A DNA stretch of 38,337 bases from Geothermobacteraceae bacterium. GTDB taxonomy: Bacteria; Desulfobacterota; Desulfuromonadia; Desulfuromonadales; Geothermobacteraceae. The position numbers were made by a program, and so were the translations under genes. Below are positions 18,431-25,975 of the stretch, in pieces. The notes below the pieces were generated by a model, which did not search any database, was not told the origin of the DNA, and was given only the letters and a program-made list of their open reading frames with translations. Location of the stretch: assembly GCA_035266745.1 (NCBI GenBank), contig DATFMT010000215.1:1-38337 (forward strand), read 5' to 3'. How positions within the stretch are numbered: the first letter of the stretch is position 1; every line of letters begins with the position of its first letter.

Positions 18431-20433
18431 ACCAGGATCCAGAGGATAAGGAGCAGGGTGAAGAAGGAGTAGGAGAGATAGATGCGGATGTTCCCCCCCT
18501 GAATCAGTGAGGCCCGTTTGGCCGCCGCCAGCAGAAGTTGCCCGATCGGAAGATAGATTTTTTGCCAGGCCCAGTCGCCGACTTCAAGCTGATAACGTTC
18601 CGGGCTCTGACCCGTGGCGGGGAGCACTGCTTCTTTATGTGGCCAGACCGGGCTGAAAATGCGTCGAATCGGCATGCTGAAGGCGGTAGCGGTGTATTGC
18701 ATCCGCGCATTTAAGGGGCCGAAGCCACAATCCCAGGGGGGCGCGATGCGCGTTGGAGTACGACGGCGCTGTGGATGAAACCAGAGCCAGCTGATCAGCC
18801 AGGCCAGTGCCAGGCCGAGCAGCACCATTGGCGCTCCGTAAGAGGCCGCTGCCGGTGAGATTGGTGTCAACCAGAGAGCGCCGCCGGCAGTCGCTTCGGC
18901 TAAGTCCTGGTGCAACAGCAGCTCTGCTATGTTGCTCAACACGCCGACCGTCCAAGTCGGCATGACGCCGAAACCGAGGCAACAGAGCGCCAGAATCGCC
19001 TGGGCAAAGCGCATCCCGTAGGAGGCTTCACTCGCGGTCTTTGCCGGTTCGCTCCGCGGCAGGCCGAGAAACACCACGCCGAAGACCTTGACGAAACAGG
19101 CCGCAGCCAACGCCCCGGTCAGTGCCAGGACTGCCGCCGCGACCGGAATCAGCGAGCCGAGCACGCCACTTTCCAACGCCGGACCCTGCAGGGCCGCCTG
19201 AAAGGTCAGCCACTCCGAGACGAAGCCATTAAAAGGCGGCAGCGCCGAAATACTGATACAGCCGATCAGAAAACAGCTGGCGGTGAAGGGCATGCGATGG
19301 ATCAATCCGCCCATCTTCTCCATGTCGTGCTGTTTGCTGTGCTGCAGAACCGCACCGGCGCCGAGAAAAAGCAGGCTCTTGAAGAGTGCGTGATTCAGGC
19401 AGTGATAAAGTGCGGCGACCAGGCCCAGGGCGGCAAGGCTCGGGTGGCCGGTCCCGGCGAAAATAATGGCAAGGCCGAGACCGATGTAGATGATGCCGAT
19501 ATTTTCAACGCTGTGGTAGGCCAGCAGACGCTTTAAATCATGCTGCATCAGCGCATAGAGGACCCCGAGCAGGGCTGAAGCCGCTCCGACAACCAGGACC
19601 AGCACCCCCCATTGCCAATGAAAATTGCCAAGGAGTGAAAAACTGAAGCGGATAAAGCCGTAGACGGCGACCTTGAGCATCACCCCCGACATCAGCGCCG
19701 AAATATGCGAGGGTGCCACCGGGTGCGCCTGGGGCAGCCAGACATGCAGAGGCACTAGGCCCGCTTTTATACCGAAGCCGACAAAAGCGAGTAGAAAGGC
19801 GATGGTCTCCCACCCGGGCGACAGTTGAGCGCTGGCCATATCGGAGAAGGCAAAGCCACCGCCAAATCCCGAGAGGATGCCAAAACCGAGTAAAATGCAG
19901 AGTCCGCCGACCTGGGCCATCAACAGGTAGATGAAGGCGGCGCTGCGGTTTTCAGCGCGATGGTGTTGATAAGCCACCAGAAAGTAGCTGGAGACCGACA
20001 TCAGTTCCCAGCTGACCATGAAGGAAAAGGCATCGGCAGCTAACGTCAGCAGGAACATGCCGGTGACAAACAGCCCACTGAAGATCGTAATTAGTGCCAG
20101 CGGCTGGCCCTCCGCTTCGTACTCCCGGCAATAAGCCGGGCCGTAACAGGCGACGACGCTGGTAATCAGACCGACAATGGCGAGAAAAAACCCGGCCAGG
20201 GGATCAAGCGCAAAGTGGCTCTGCAACCAGGGGAGGCCGATCGGCAAGATGATCTGCGAAGTTTGTCGCAGGACCAAGGCCATTCCGCCGGCCACTACGG
20301 CCGAAATGCCGGCGAGGCCAAGCAGGGTAAACGCCAGGCTTTTGTAGAGACGAGGGAAACGGTAAACGAGTAGCGGGAGCAGTGCGGAACAGAGCGCGAG
20401 AACAACCGCTAGTTGTGCAATCGGTAGTGGCAC
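18427..20433 (-). CDS. ehrA: NuoL/HycC/HyfB-like antiporter-type membrane subunit
   Basis: 668 aa. Conserved residues are visible in VSWELMSV, GFGIKAGLVPLHVWLPQAHP and NHALFKSLLFLGAG. HyfB/HycC-type C-terminal segment (PPWDCGFGPLNARMQYTATAFSMP). GTG start with AAGGAG about 10 nt upstream. Confidence 0.88.
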   Translation of the reverse strand: MPLPIAQLAVVLALCSALLPLLVYRFPRLYKSLAFTLLGLAGISAVVAGGMALVLRQTSQIILPIGLPWLQSHFALDPLAGFFLAIVGLITSVVACYGPAYCREYEAEGQPLALITIFSGLFVTGMFLLTLAADAFSFMVSWELMSVSSYFLVAYQHHRAENRSAAFIYLLMAQVGGLCILLGFGILSGFGGGFAFSDMASAQLSPGWETIAFLLAFVGFGIKAGLVPLHVWLPQAHPVAPSHISALMSGVMLKVAVYGFIRFSFSLLGNFHWQWGVLVLVVGAASALLGVLYALMQHDLKRLLAYHSVENIGIIYIGLGLAIIFAGTGHPSLAALGLVAALYHCLNHALFKSLLFLGAGAVLQHSKQHDMEKMGGLIHRMPFTASCFLIGCISISALPPFNGFVSEWLTFQAALQGPALESGVLGSLIPVAAAVLALTGALAAACFVKVFGVVFLGLPRSEPAKTASEASYGMRFAQAILALCCLGFGVMPTWTVGVLSNIAELLLHQDLAEATAGGALWLTPISPAAASYGAPMVLLGLALAWLISWLWFHPQRRRTPTRIAPPWDCGFGPLNARMQYTATAFSMPIRRIFSPVWPHKEAVLPATGQSPERYQLEVGDWAWQKIYLPIGQLLLAAAKRASLIQGGNIRIYLSYSFFTLLLILWILV

Positions 20434-20476
20434 CGGCAGATAACTCCTTTGAATATCGAGGGATTCAAGAGGCGAA

Positions 20477-20493
20477 GAACTGTTCCGCAGTTC
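20477..20493. promoter_or_regulatory. Inverted repeat GAACTG-N5-CAGTTC in the divergent ehrA/sulP control region
   Basis: gaactgttccgcagttc has perfect 6-bp arms. It lies about 45 bp upstream of the ehrA start codon. No binding protein is assigned. Confidence 0.25.
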
Positions 20494-20774
20494 TCTGTCG
20501 TTGGGTGGGCTATTCTAGAACGGCATTCTGTAACTGTCAAACGGAGTCTGCAGGTAAATATTGGTTCGATATGCTCAAACAACAGTGAAAAGTTTTGCTT
20601 TGCGCCGCTTTCGTGGCGTAAAACCACTTTTTAAGGTTGAATTATTTTCTTGCAGGCGTATGATCACCCGCTGTTGGACAAGACCTGCAAGGCCCTGCCC
20701 GGCGTATTCCGCCGACACCTGGACGTACCGCCCTCGCTGCCGACGGACATCCGTGAACTCTGCATTGAGGGAGA

Positions 20775-22520
20775 TTGCGCGTGTCCCAGAATCGACTGGT
20801 TCCCAAGCTCTTCAGTACCCTGCGGGAAGGCTATTCCCGCCAACAATTCAGCAATGACCTGCTGGCCGGCGTCATCGTCGGTATCGTCGCCCTGCCGCTG
20901 GCGATCGCCTTCGCCATCGCCTCGGGGGTCAAGCCGGAACAGGGGATCTACACCGCGGTGGTGGCCGGCTTTCTGATCTCGGCGCTCTCCGGCAGCAAGG
21001 TGCAGATCGGCGGGCCGACCGGCGCCTTTATCGTCATCGTCTACGACATCGTCCAGCGCTACGGCTACGACGGCCTGGTGATCGCCACCCTGATGGCCGG
21101 TGCGCTGCTGGTGCTGATGGGGCTGGCGCGGCTCGGAGCGGTGATCAAGTTCATCCCCTACCCGGTGACGGTCGGCTTTACCAGCGGCATCGCCCTGCTG
21201 ATCTTTTCCGGCCAGTTGCGCGACCTGTTCGGCCTGCAGCTGGAGACGGTCCCCTCGGAGTTTATCGAGAAGCTTGCCGCCTACGGCGAACACCTCGGCA
21301 GTATCTCCCCGGCAGCGGCCGCCATTGGCCTGACGACCATCCTCGTCATTCAGCTCTGGCCCAGGGTGACCCGCCGGGTGCCGGGGTCGCTGGTGGCCAT
21401 CCTGCTCACCACCTTGCTGGTGAGTCTGTTCGACCTGCCGGTGGCGACCATCGGCAGCCGCTTCGGCAGTGTGCCGAACAGTCTGCCGCTGCCGCACCTG
21501 CCGGCGCTCCCCGACTGGGCTCATCTTCGGCAGCTGTTCTCCCCGGCGCTGACCATCGCCCTTTTGGCCGGGATCGAGTCGCTGCTATCGGCGGTGGTCG
21601 CCGACGGCATGATCGAGAGTCGCCATCGTTCCAACATGGAGCTGATCGGCCAGGGGGTGGCCAACCTGGTCTGCCCGCTGTTCGGTGGCATCCCGGCCAC
21701 CGGGGCGATTGCGCGCACCGCGACCAACATCAAGAACGGCGGTCGCACCCCGATCGCCGGCATGGTCCACGCGCTGACCCTGCTGCTGATTCTGCTGTTT
21801 TTTGGCAAGTGGGCGGCGCTGATCCCGATGCCGACCCTGGCTGGAATCCTGGTGGTGGTCGCCTGGAACATGAGCGAGGCGCATCTGTTCGCCAAGCTGT
21901 TGCGTGCCCCGCGTGGTGATGTGCTGGTGTTATTGTCGACCTTTGGCTTGACAGTGCTGGTCGATCTGACCGTCGCAATCCAGGTCGGCATGGTGCTGGC
22001 CGCGTTTCTGTTCATGCAGCGGATGGCCGACGCCACCCAGGTCGGTTTTATCACCCGGGAGCTGCAGGATGGTGAAGATGAAACCAGCGATGATCCACTC
22101 AGCCTGAGTCAACGGGATGTCCCGGTCGGGGTTGAGGTGTTCGAGATCAACGGCCCGTTTTTCTTCGGTGCCGCCGACAAGTTCAAAAATGCCCTGGACA
22201 CAGTCAGTGTCCCGCCGCGAGTCTTGATCCTGCGGATGCGCCATGCCCTGACCCTGGATGCCACGGCCCTGCAGGCGCTGGAGAACGTTCATACAAAAGC
22301 GCTTAAACGTGGTACCCTGTTGCTGTTGTCCGGAGTCCATGCCCAGCCGTTGCTGGTCATGGAGCGTTCCGGTTTTCTTGACCGGTTAGGTCAGGAGAAT
22401 GTCTTTGCCAACATCGACGCGGCGCTGAATCGATCCCGCGAGACGCTCGGTCTTCCGGTGGTTGCGGCTCCCGGTGCATTTGTGCCGACCGTGACCCGGG
22501 AAATCAATCCGGAAGCCTAA
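20775..22520 (+). CDS. SulP-family anion transporter (sulfate/bicarbonate permease type) with C-terminal STAS domain
   Basis: 581 aa. The N-terminus [36 protein letters not shown] is a typical SulP signature. More than 10 TM segments and a C-terminal STAS-like domain ([15 protein letters not shown]). TTG start at 20775, or GTG at 20781. Confidence 0.88.
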   Translation: MRVSQNRLVPKLFSTLREGYSRQQFSNDLLAGVIVGIVALPLAIAFAIASGVKPEQGIYTAVVAGFLISALSGSKVQIGGPTGAFIVIVYDIVQRYGYDGLVIATLMAGALLVLMGLARLGAVIKFIPYPVTVGFTSGIALLIFSGQLRDLFGLQLETVPSEFIEKLAAYGEHLGSISPAAAAIGLTTILVIQLWPRVTRRVPGSLVAILLTTLLVSLFDLPVATIGSRFGSVPNSLPLPHLPALPDWAHLRQLFSPALTIALLAGIESLLSAVVADGMIESRHRSNMELIGQGVANLVCPLFGGIPATGAIARTATNIKNGGRTPIAGMVHALTLLLILLFFGKWAALIPMPTLAGILVVVAWNMSEAHLFAKLLRAPRGDVLVLLSTFGLTVLVDLTVAIQVGMVLAAFLFMQRMADATQVGFITRELQDGEDETSDDPLSLSQRDVPVGVEVFEINGPFFFGAADKFKNALDTVSVPPRVLILRMRHALTLDATALQALENVHTKALKRGTLLLLSGVHAQPLLVMERSGFLDRLGQENVFANIDAALNRSRETLGLPVVAAPGAFVPTVTREINPEA

Positions 22521-22547
22521 CCTCAAACGACTTAACCAGGGGGAAAC

Positions 22548-23348
22548 ATGGATAAGCCACTCCTGCACGTTTTTCGCAATACGCCGATGGGACGTGAAAC
22601 TCTGCTGCTTTCGGTTTACCTGTGCCGGCAGCTCAGGCTGCCGCTCGATCTTTACCTCCCCAAGGAGAAACGCTTTCTGTTCTATTTTGACTCGGTAGTC
22701 GTCCAGGTCGATCTCGATGCCTCTTATCTGAGTTACCCTGAAACGGCCCGGCAGAGGGCTGAAGAGCTGACGAAGGGGGTGGGGAAGCGCCGTTTTATCA
22801 AAGCGAAAAGCTACACGGCGACCGATCTTCCCGATTTGCCGACCGGCTTTTCGTTGATGACCTGTCCCCGCTCCATGAGCGACCAGTCCAGCCGGATCGG
22901 GTTGGGACACATCGGCCCCAAGGTCCGCAGGATTTTGCTGCATGCTCCGTTTCCGGTCATGATTCCGAGCGTCGTCTACAAGCCGTGGACCAGCATCACC
23001 GTCCTCTACGGCGGTTCGCCCGCCGCCGCCGAGGCGGTGAAGCTGGCCCTGCGTTTCCAAGAGCGCTGCCAGCTGCCGTTGCAGATCATCAGTGTCGGTG
23101 AGCGCAGCGCGCTGGAGCAGACCTTGCGTGAGCAGGGGTTGCTGGAACAGGTTGTGGGGAGTGACTGGCAAATCCACCCGGGGAATTCCCTGGTGGAGCA
23201 TCTTTACGGAATCCCGCACGATGCCCTGGTGGTGCTTGGCGCCTATGCCCATGGCCCGATCAGGTCACTGTTCGGCAGCACCATGGAGCTGGTCCAGTCC
23301 CAATTGCCCCAGTCGCTGGTGGTGGTCGGCCCGAATTACAGCGCTTGA
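22548..23348 (+). CDS. Tandem universal stress protein (USP)-like protein
   Basis: 266 aa. The C-terminal USP motif GAYAHGPIRSLFGSTMELVQSQLPQSLVVVGP and a weaker first-domain copy (IGLGHIGPKVRRILLHAPFPVMIP) are visible. Starts 27 nt after sulP. Confidence 0.6.
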   Translation: MDKPLLHVFRNTPMGRETLLLSVYLCRQLRLPLDLYLPKEKRFLFYFDSVVVQVDLDASYLSYPETARQRAEELTKGVGKRRFIKAKSYTATDLPDLPTGFSLMTCPRSMSDQSSRIGLGHIGPKVRRILLHAPFPVMIPSVVYKPWTSITVLYGGSPAAAEAVKLALRFQERCQLPLQIISVGERSALEQTLREQGLLEQVVGSDWQIHPGNSLVEHLYGIPHDALVVLGAYAHGPIRSLFGSTMELVQSQLPQSLVVVGPNYSA

Positions 23349-23420
23349 GCGTGGCAACAGGCAAGTCTGCCACGGCCCCTCCGAGTCCGGAACCTGGAGG
23401 GGCCGGCGTGCGTTTACTGC

Positions 23421-23545
23421 GCTTCGCATCTCCTTGGAGACAAAAAAATTCAATTCTTGAAAATCATTATGGTTGCTGGGCAACCAGGGGGGATTCGCCT
23501 AATTCGTCACCCACGTCACGTGGGTTCCTGCTTTGGCTCCCCTCC
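23421..23545 (-). repeat. tRNA-Glu-derived pseudo-tRNA module A (inverted T-arm piece, A-run, then degenerate tRNA-like body ending in a 7-bp palindrome)
   Basis: The minus strand of 23470-23545 reads GGAGGGGAGCCAAAGCAGGAACCCACGTGACGTGGGTGACGAATTAGGCGAATCCCCCCTGGTTGCCCAGCAACCA. It aligns by eye with tRNA-Glu from the D-loop to the T-arm. U33 and the T-stem are lost, so it is not a functional tRNA. A homologous copy lies at 29234-29309. Confidence 0.6.
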
Positions 23546-23790
23546 GCACGCTGGCGCGGCCATCCTTAAGAGTGCCACGCCCGCCTGTCTCTGCCCGTTT
23601 CTTTCGGTCTTTTGAACCGCCGTCTGTGTTGCGGCTCCTCGGCTTGGCGATATGCCAGGCCTGCGTCGCCGCGCCTTGCCGGCAGACCAAAATCCTCGAA
23701 ATAACTTGGGCCATCCGGGCAAGCGGGGCACTCGCCGCTTATCTGACATTAAGTCAGCGCTCGCTGCGCTTCGAATCCCCCTGGCGACAA

Positions 23791-23822
23791 AGAAAAAAGC
23801 CCCTTCGCTTGTGCGAAGAGGC
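23791..23822 (-). terminator. Rho-independent terminator of tRNA-Glu copy 1
   Basis: Minus strand reads gcctcttcgc-acaa-gcgaaggggc followed by TTTTTTCTTTG. It lies 11 nt after the tRNA 3' end. Confidence 0.8.
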
Positions 23823-23833
23823 TTTATTTCTTT

Positions 23834-23911
23834 TGGCGTCCCCAGGGGGATTCGAACCCCCGTCGCCGCCGTGAAAGGGCGGTGTCCTGGGCCAGGCTAG
23901 ACGATAGGGAC
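23834..23911 (-). tRNA. tRNA-Glu (anticodon UUC), copy 1, CCA encoded
   Basis: Minus strand reads GTCCCTATCGTCTAGCCTGGCCCAGGACACCGCCCTTTCACGGCGGCGACGGGGGTTCGAATCCCCCTGGGGACGCCA. Cloverleaf checked by hand. Anticodon loop is CTTTCAC and T-loop is TTCGAAT. Confidence 0.93.
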
Positions 23912-24080
23912 TTAATACTTCAAGCACCCAGCGGGAAATGGCCCCGCGTGGAGAGTTTTTATCCCAAGCGCGGGGTAACTGCAAGAAAAAAATCATCGTT
24001 GTGAAAAAGCGCAAGAAACGGGTTGGCGAACCCGCATGGGCCTGCTAGCCTCAAGGCAGAGAACAGCAGGAGATGAAACG

Positions 24081-24920
24081 ATGTCAGACACCTACCAGCT
24101 CATCGCCCAAGCGATCCGGTTTATCGAAATCAATGCGCTCGCCCAGCCGTCGCTTGACCGGGTTGCCGAGCATGTCGGCCTGAGCCCGTATCATTTTCAG
24201 CGGCTGTTTCAGCGCTGGGCAGGGGTCAGCCCGAAACGCTTCCTGCAGTTTCTGACCGCCTCACATGCCAAGCAGTTGCTGCGCGATTCCCTCCCCGCCC
24301 TCGAAGCGAGTTTTGCCGTGGGCCTGAGCAGTCCGGGGCGGCTGCATGATCTGCTGATTGCGACTGAAGCGGTCACTCCGGGCGAGTTCAAGTCGGGCGG
24401 TGCCGGCCTGACGATCCGCTACGGGTTTCACCAAACCCCCTTTGGCCGCTGCCTGATCGGGGTGACGGAGCGGGGCATCTGCCTGTTCGAGTTTGTTGAT
24501 GCCGCCGACCAGGCGCAGTTGCTGGAACGCTTATGTCATGCCTGGCCGGAAGCCGCCCTGTGCGAAGATCCGCTGGCCACCGGGGCTGTTGTCGAGAAGA
24601 TTTTCGCCCGGCGCGAGGCTGCCGGCAGCCGGGAGCTGAAGCTGCTGCTGCGTGGCACCAATTTCCAGCTCAAAGTCTGGCAGGCCCTGCTGCGGATTCC
24701 GGAAGGCAGGGTCGTCTCCTACGGTTATCTCGCCGCACAGCTCAATTGCCCCGGTGCCAGTCGCGCCGTCGGCTCGGCGGTCGGGCAAAACCCGATCGGT
24801 TACCTGATCCCCTGTCATCGGGTTTTGCGCCAGAGTGGCGAGCTGGGCGGCTATCGCTGGGGAACCGAGCGGAAACAGGCGCTTCTGGGGATGGAGTGGC
24901 TCGACACAAAAGCCGGTTAG
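24081..24920 (+). CDS. AraC-type HTH regulator fused to methylated-DNA-protein-cysteine methyltransferase (Ada/Ogt-like)
   Basis: The N-terminal half is an AraC HTH (LDRVAEHVGLSPYHFQRLFQRWAGVSPKRFLQ). The C-terminal half is MGMT with the active-site IPCHRV. ORF-track start 24036 trimmed to the ATG at 24081, which is preceded by AGGAG. Confidence 0.85.
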   Translation: MSDTYQLIAQAIRFIEINALAQPSLDRVAEHVGLSPYHFQRLFQRWAGVSPKRFLQFLTASHAKQLLRDSLPALEASFAVGLSSPGRLHDLLIATEAVTPGEFKSGGAGLTIRYGFHQTPFGRCLIGVTERGICLFEFVDAADQAQLLERLCHAWPEAALCEDPLATGAVVEKIFARREAAGSRELKLLLRGTNFQLKVWQALLRIPEGRVVSYGYLAAQLNCPGASRAVGSAVGQNPIGYLIPCHRVLRQSGELGGYRWGTERKQALLGMEWLDTKAG

Positions 24921-25570
24921 CGCCGCTCGGCGGCGCGGATCAGCTCGGCGAGCGCTTCGGCGAGCTGCCGGTAACCGACCGCGTTGGGGTGGATGGGATC
25001 GCTCTTCAGCGAGTTGTCCTTGAGGATGTCGCTGAGGGTGTCATCCAGATAGGGGAGGCGGTACTCTTCTGCGAGTTTTGCGTAGAAGGTGGGCGGCGTG
25101 AGAAACAGGCCGAACTGCGGCACCCCGGCCAGCACCACGTCAGTACCCTGCTGACGGCAGGTCTCGATCATCGCTCGCAGGTTCTCCCGCGTCTGGTTGC
25201 TATCAAGCCTACGCAGAAAGTCGTTGCCGCCATGAATCAGGATCACCAGCTGCGGCTGCACCTGCTCCACTACCCCGGGCAACCGCTTGCGCCCGGCGGC
25301 TGACACTTCGCCGGGAACCCCGGCGTTGACCACTTCCACTCCGAGCAGCCCCTCCAGGACCGCCGGATAGCTCTGGCTCTCACTCGCCCCGTTGCCGTGG
25401 GTCAGGCTGTCGCCGAAGGCCAGTACCGTCGCGCCGGGAGCGAGCGGGCGGATCTTTGGGGTGGAGTCGCAGCAGGCGAGCAGCAGCAGGGTGGCCAGCA
25501 GGGTGAAGAAATTTTTCGGGTGGGGTTTCAGCATGGTTGCCAGCATAGCGCAAGTTGCTGTGAAGTGCAC
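24917..25570 (-). CDS. SGNH/GDSL hydrolase lipoprotein (TesA/arylesterase-like)
   Basis: Block I FGDSLTHG, block III GGNDF and block V DPIHPN are present. Lipobox LLLLACC. The real start may be the internal ATG at 25534 (MLKPHPKNFF...). Confidence 0.82.
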   Translation of the reverse strand: MHFTATCAMLATMLKPHPKNFFTLLATLLLLACCDSTPKIRPLAPGATVLAFGDSLTHGNGASESQSYPAVLEGLLGVEVVNAGVPGEVSAAGRKRLPGVVEQVQPQLVILIHGGNDFLRRLDSNQTRENLRAMIETCRQQGTDVVLAGVPQFGLFLTPPTFYAKLAEEYRLPYLDDTLSDILKDNSLKSDPIHPNAVGYRQLAEALAELIRAAERR

Positions 25571-25752
25571 ATTCGAACTTCAGTTGGGCGGAAAGTTGTC
25601 AAAATAGAAAAAGGTTATTCCGGGGCCAGAAACGGTCAATTAGCAATCCATTCTTAAGAACAGAGTTCCATGGATGTGCTGGAGGATATGGGCATGAACG
25701 TTCTTAAATCCTTGGGCGAACTAGGGTCGTAAAATAAGACAACAACATATAA

Positions 25753-25783
25753 GCGGCCCTGCCTGAATTTCAGGTGGGGCCGC
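25753..25783. other. GC-rich stem-loop in the GDSL / cytochrome-PKD intergenic region
   Basis: The outer arms of gcggccc-tg-cctga-att-tcagg-tg-gggccgc are perfect complements. No clean U-tract follows. Confidence 0.35.
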
Positions 25784-25919
25784 ACTGTATGGTCAAAATA
25801 TGATCTATGGGATGTCGCAAATAGAGGAATATAATTCTGGCCGAATGATCGTGTTTTATTTGGTGATTAACGCTTATCAGCGTAGCCTCGTTGAGTTATC
25901 CGGGAGAGATCCATAGGTT

Positions 25920-25956
25920 AAAAAAGAGGGAGGGTCAAAGACCCTCCCTCTTTTTT
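25920..25956. terminator. Bidirectional rho-independent terminator downstream of the cytochrome-PKD gene
   Basis: aaaaaa-gagggagggtc-aaa-gaccctccctc-tttttt has a perfect 11-bp stem with A- and T-runs on both sides. It lies 20 nt beyond the stop at 25976. Confidence 0.88.
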
Positions 25957-25975
25957 CCAGCTTTCTGACAGTGTA

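Noticed and set aside
23349-23833. ORFs of 70-113 aa on both strands in the usp / tRNA-Glu spacer (e.g. 23533..23874 +, 23516..23749 -).
   Set aside because: They overlap the pseudo-tRNA, the terminator and even the real tRNA gene, and their translations are Arg/Pro-rich. The repeat structure explains the region better.
24917-24920. Convergent AraC-MGMT and GDSL genes share overlapping stop codons (TTAG), leaving no room for terminators.
   Set aside because: It is real in the sequence, but it is a common compaction feature with no clear biological consequence that I can argue.
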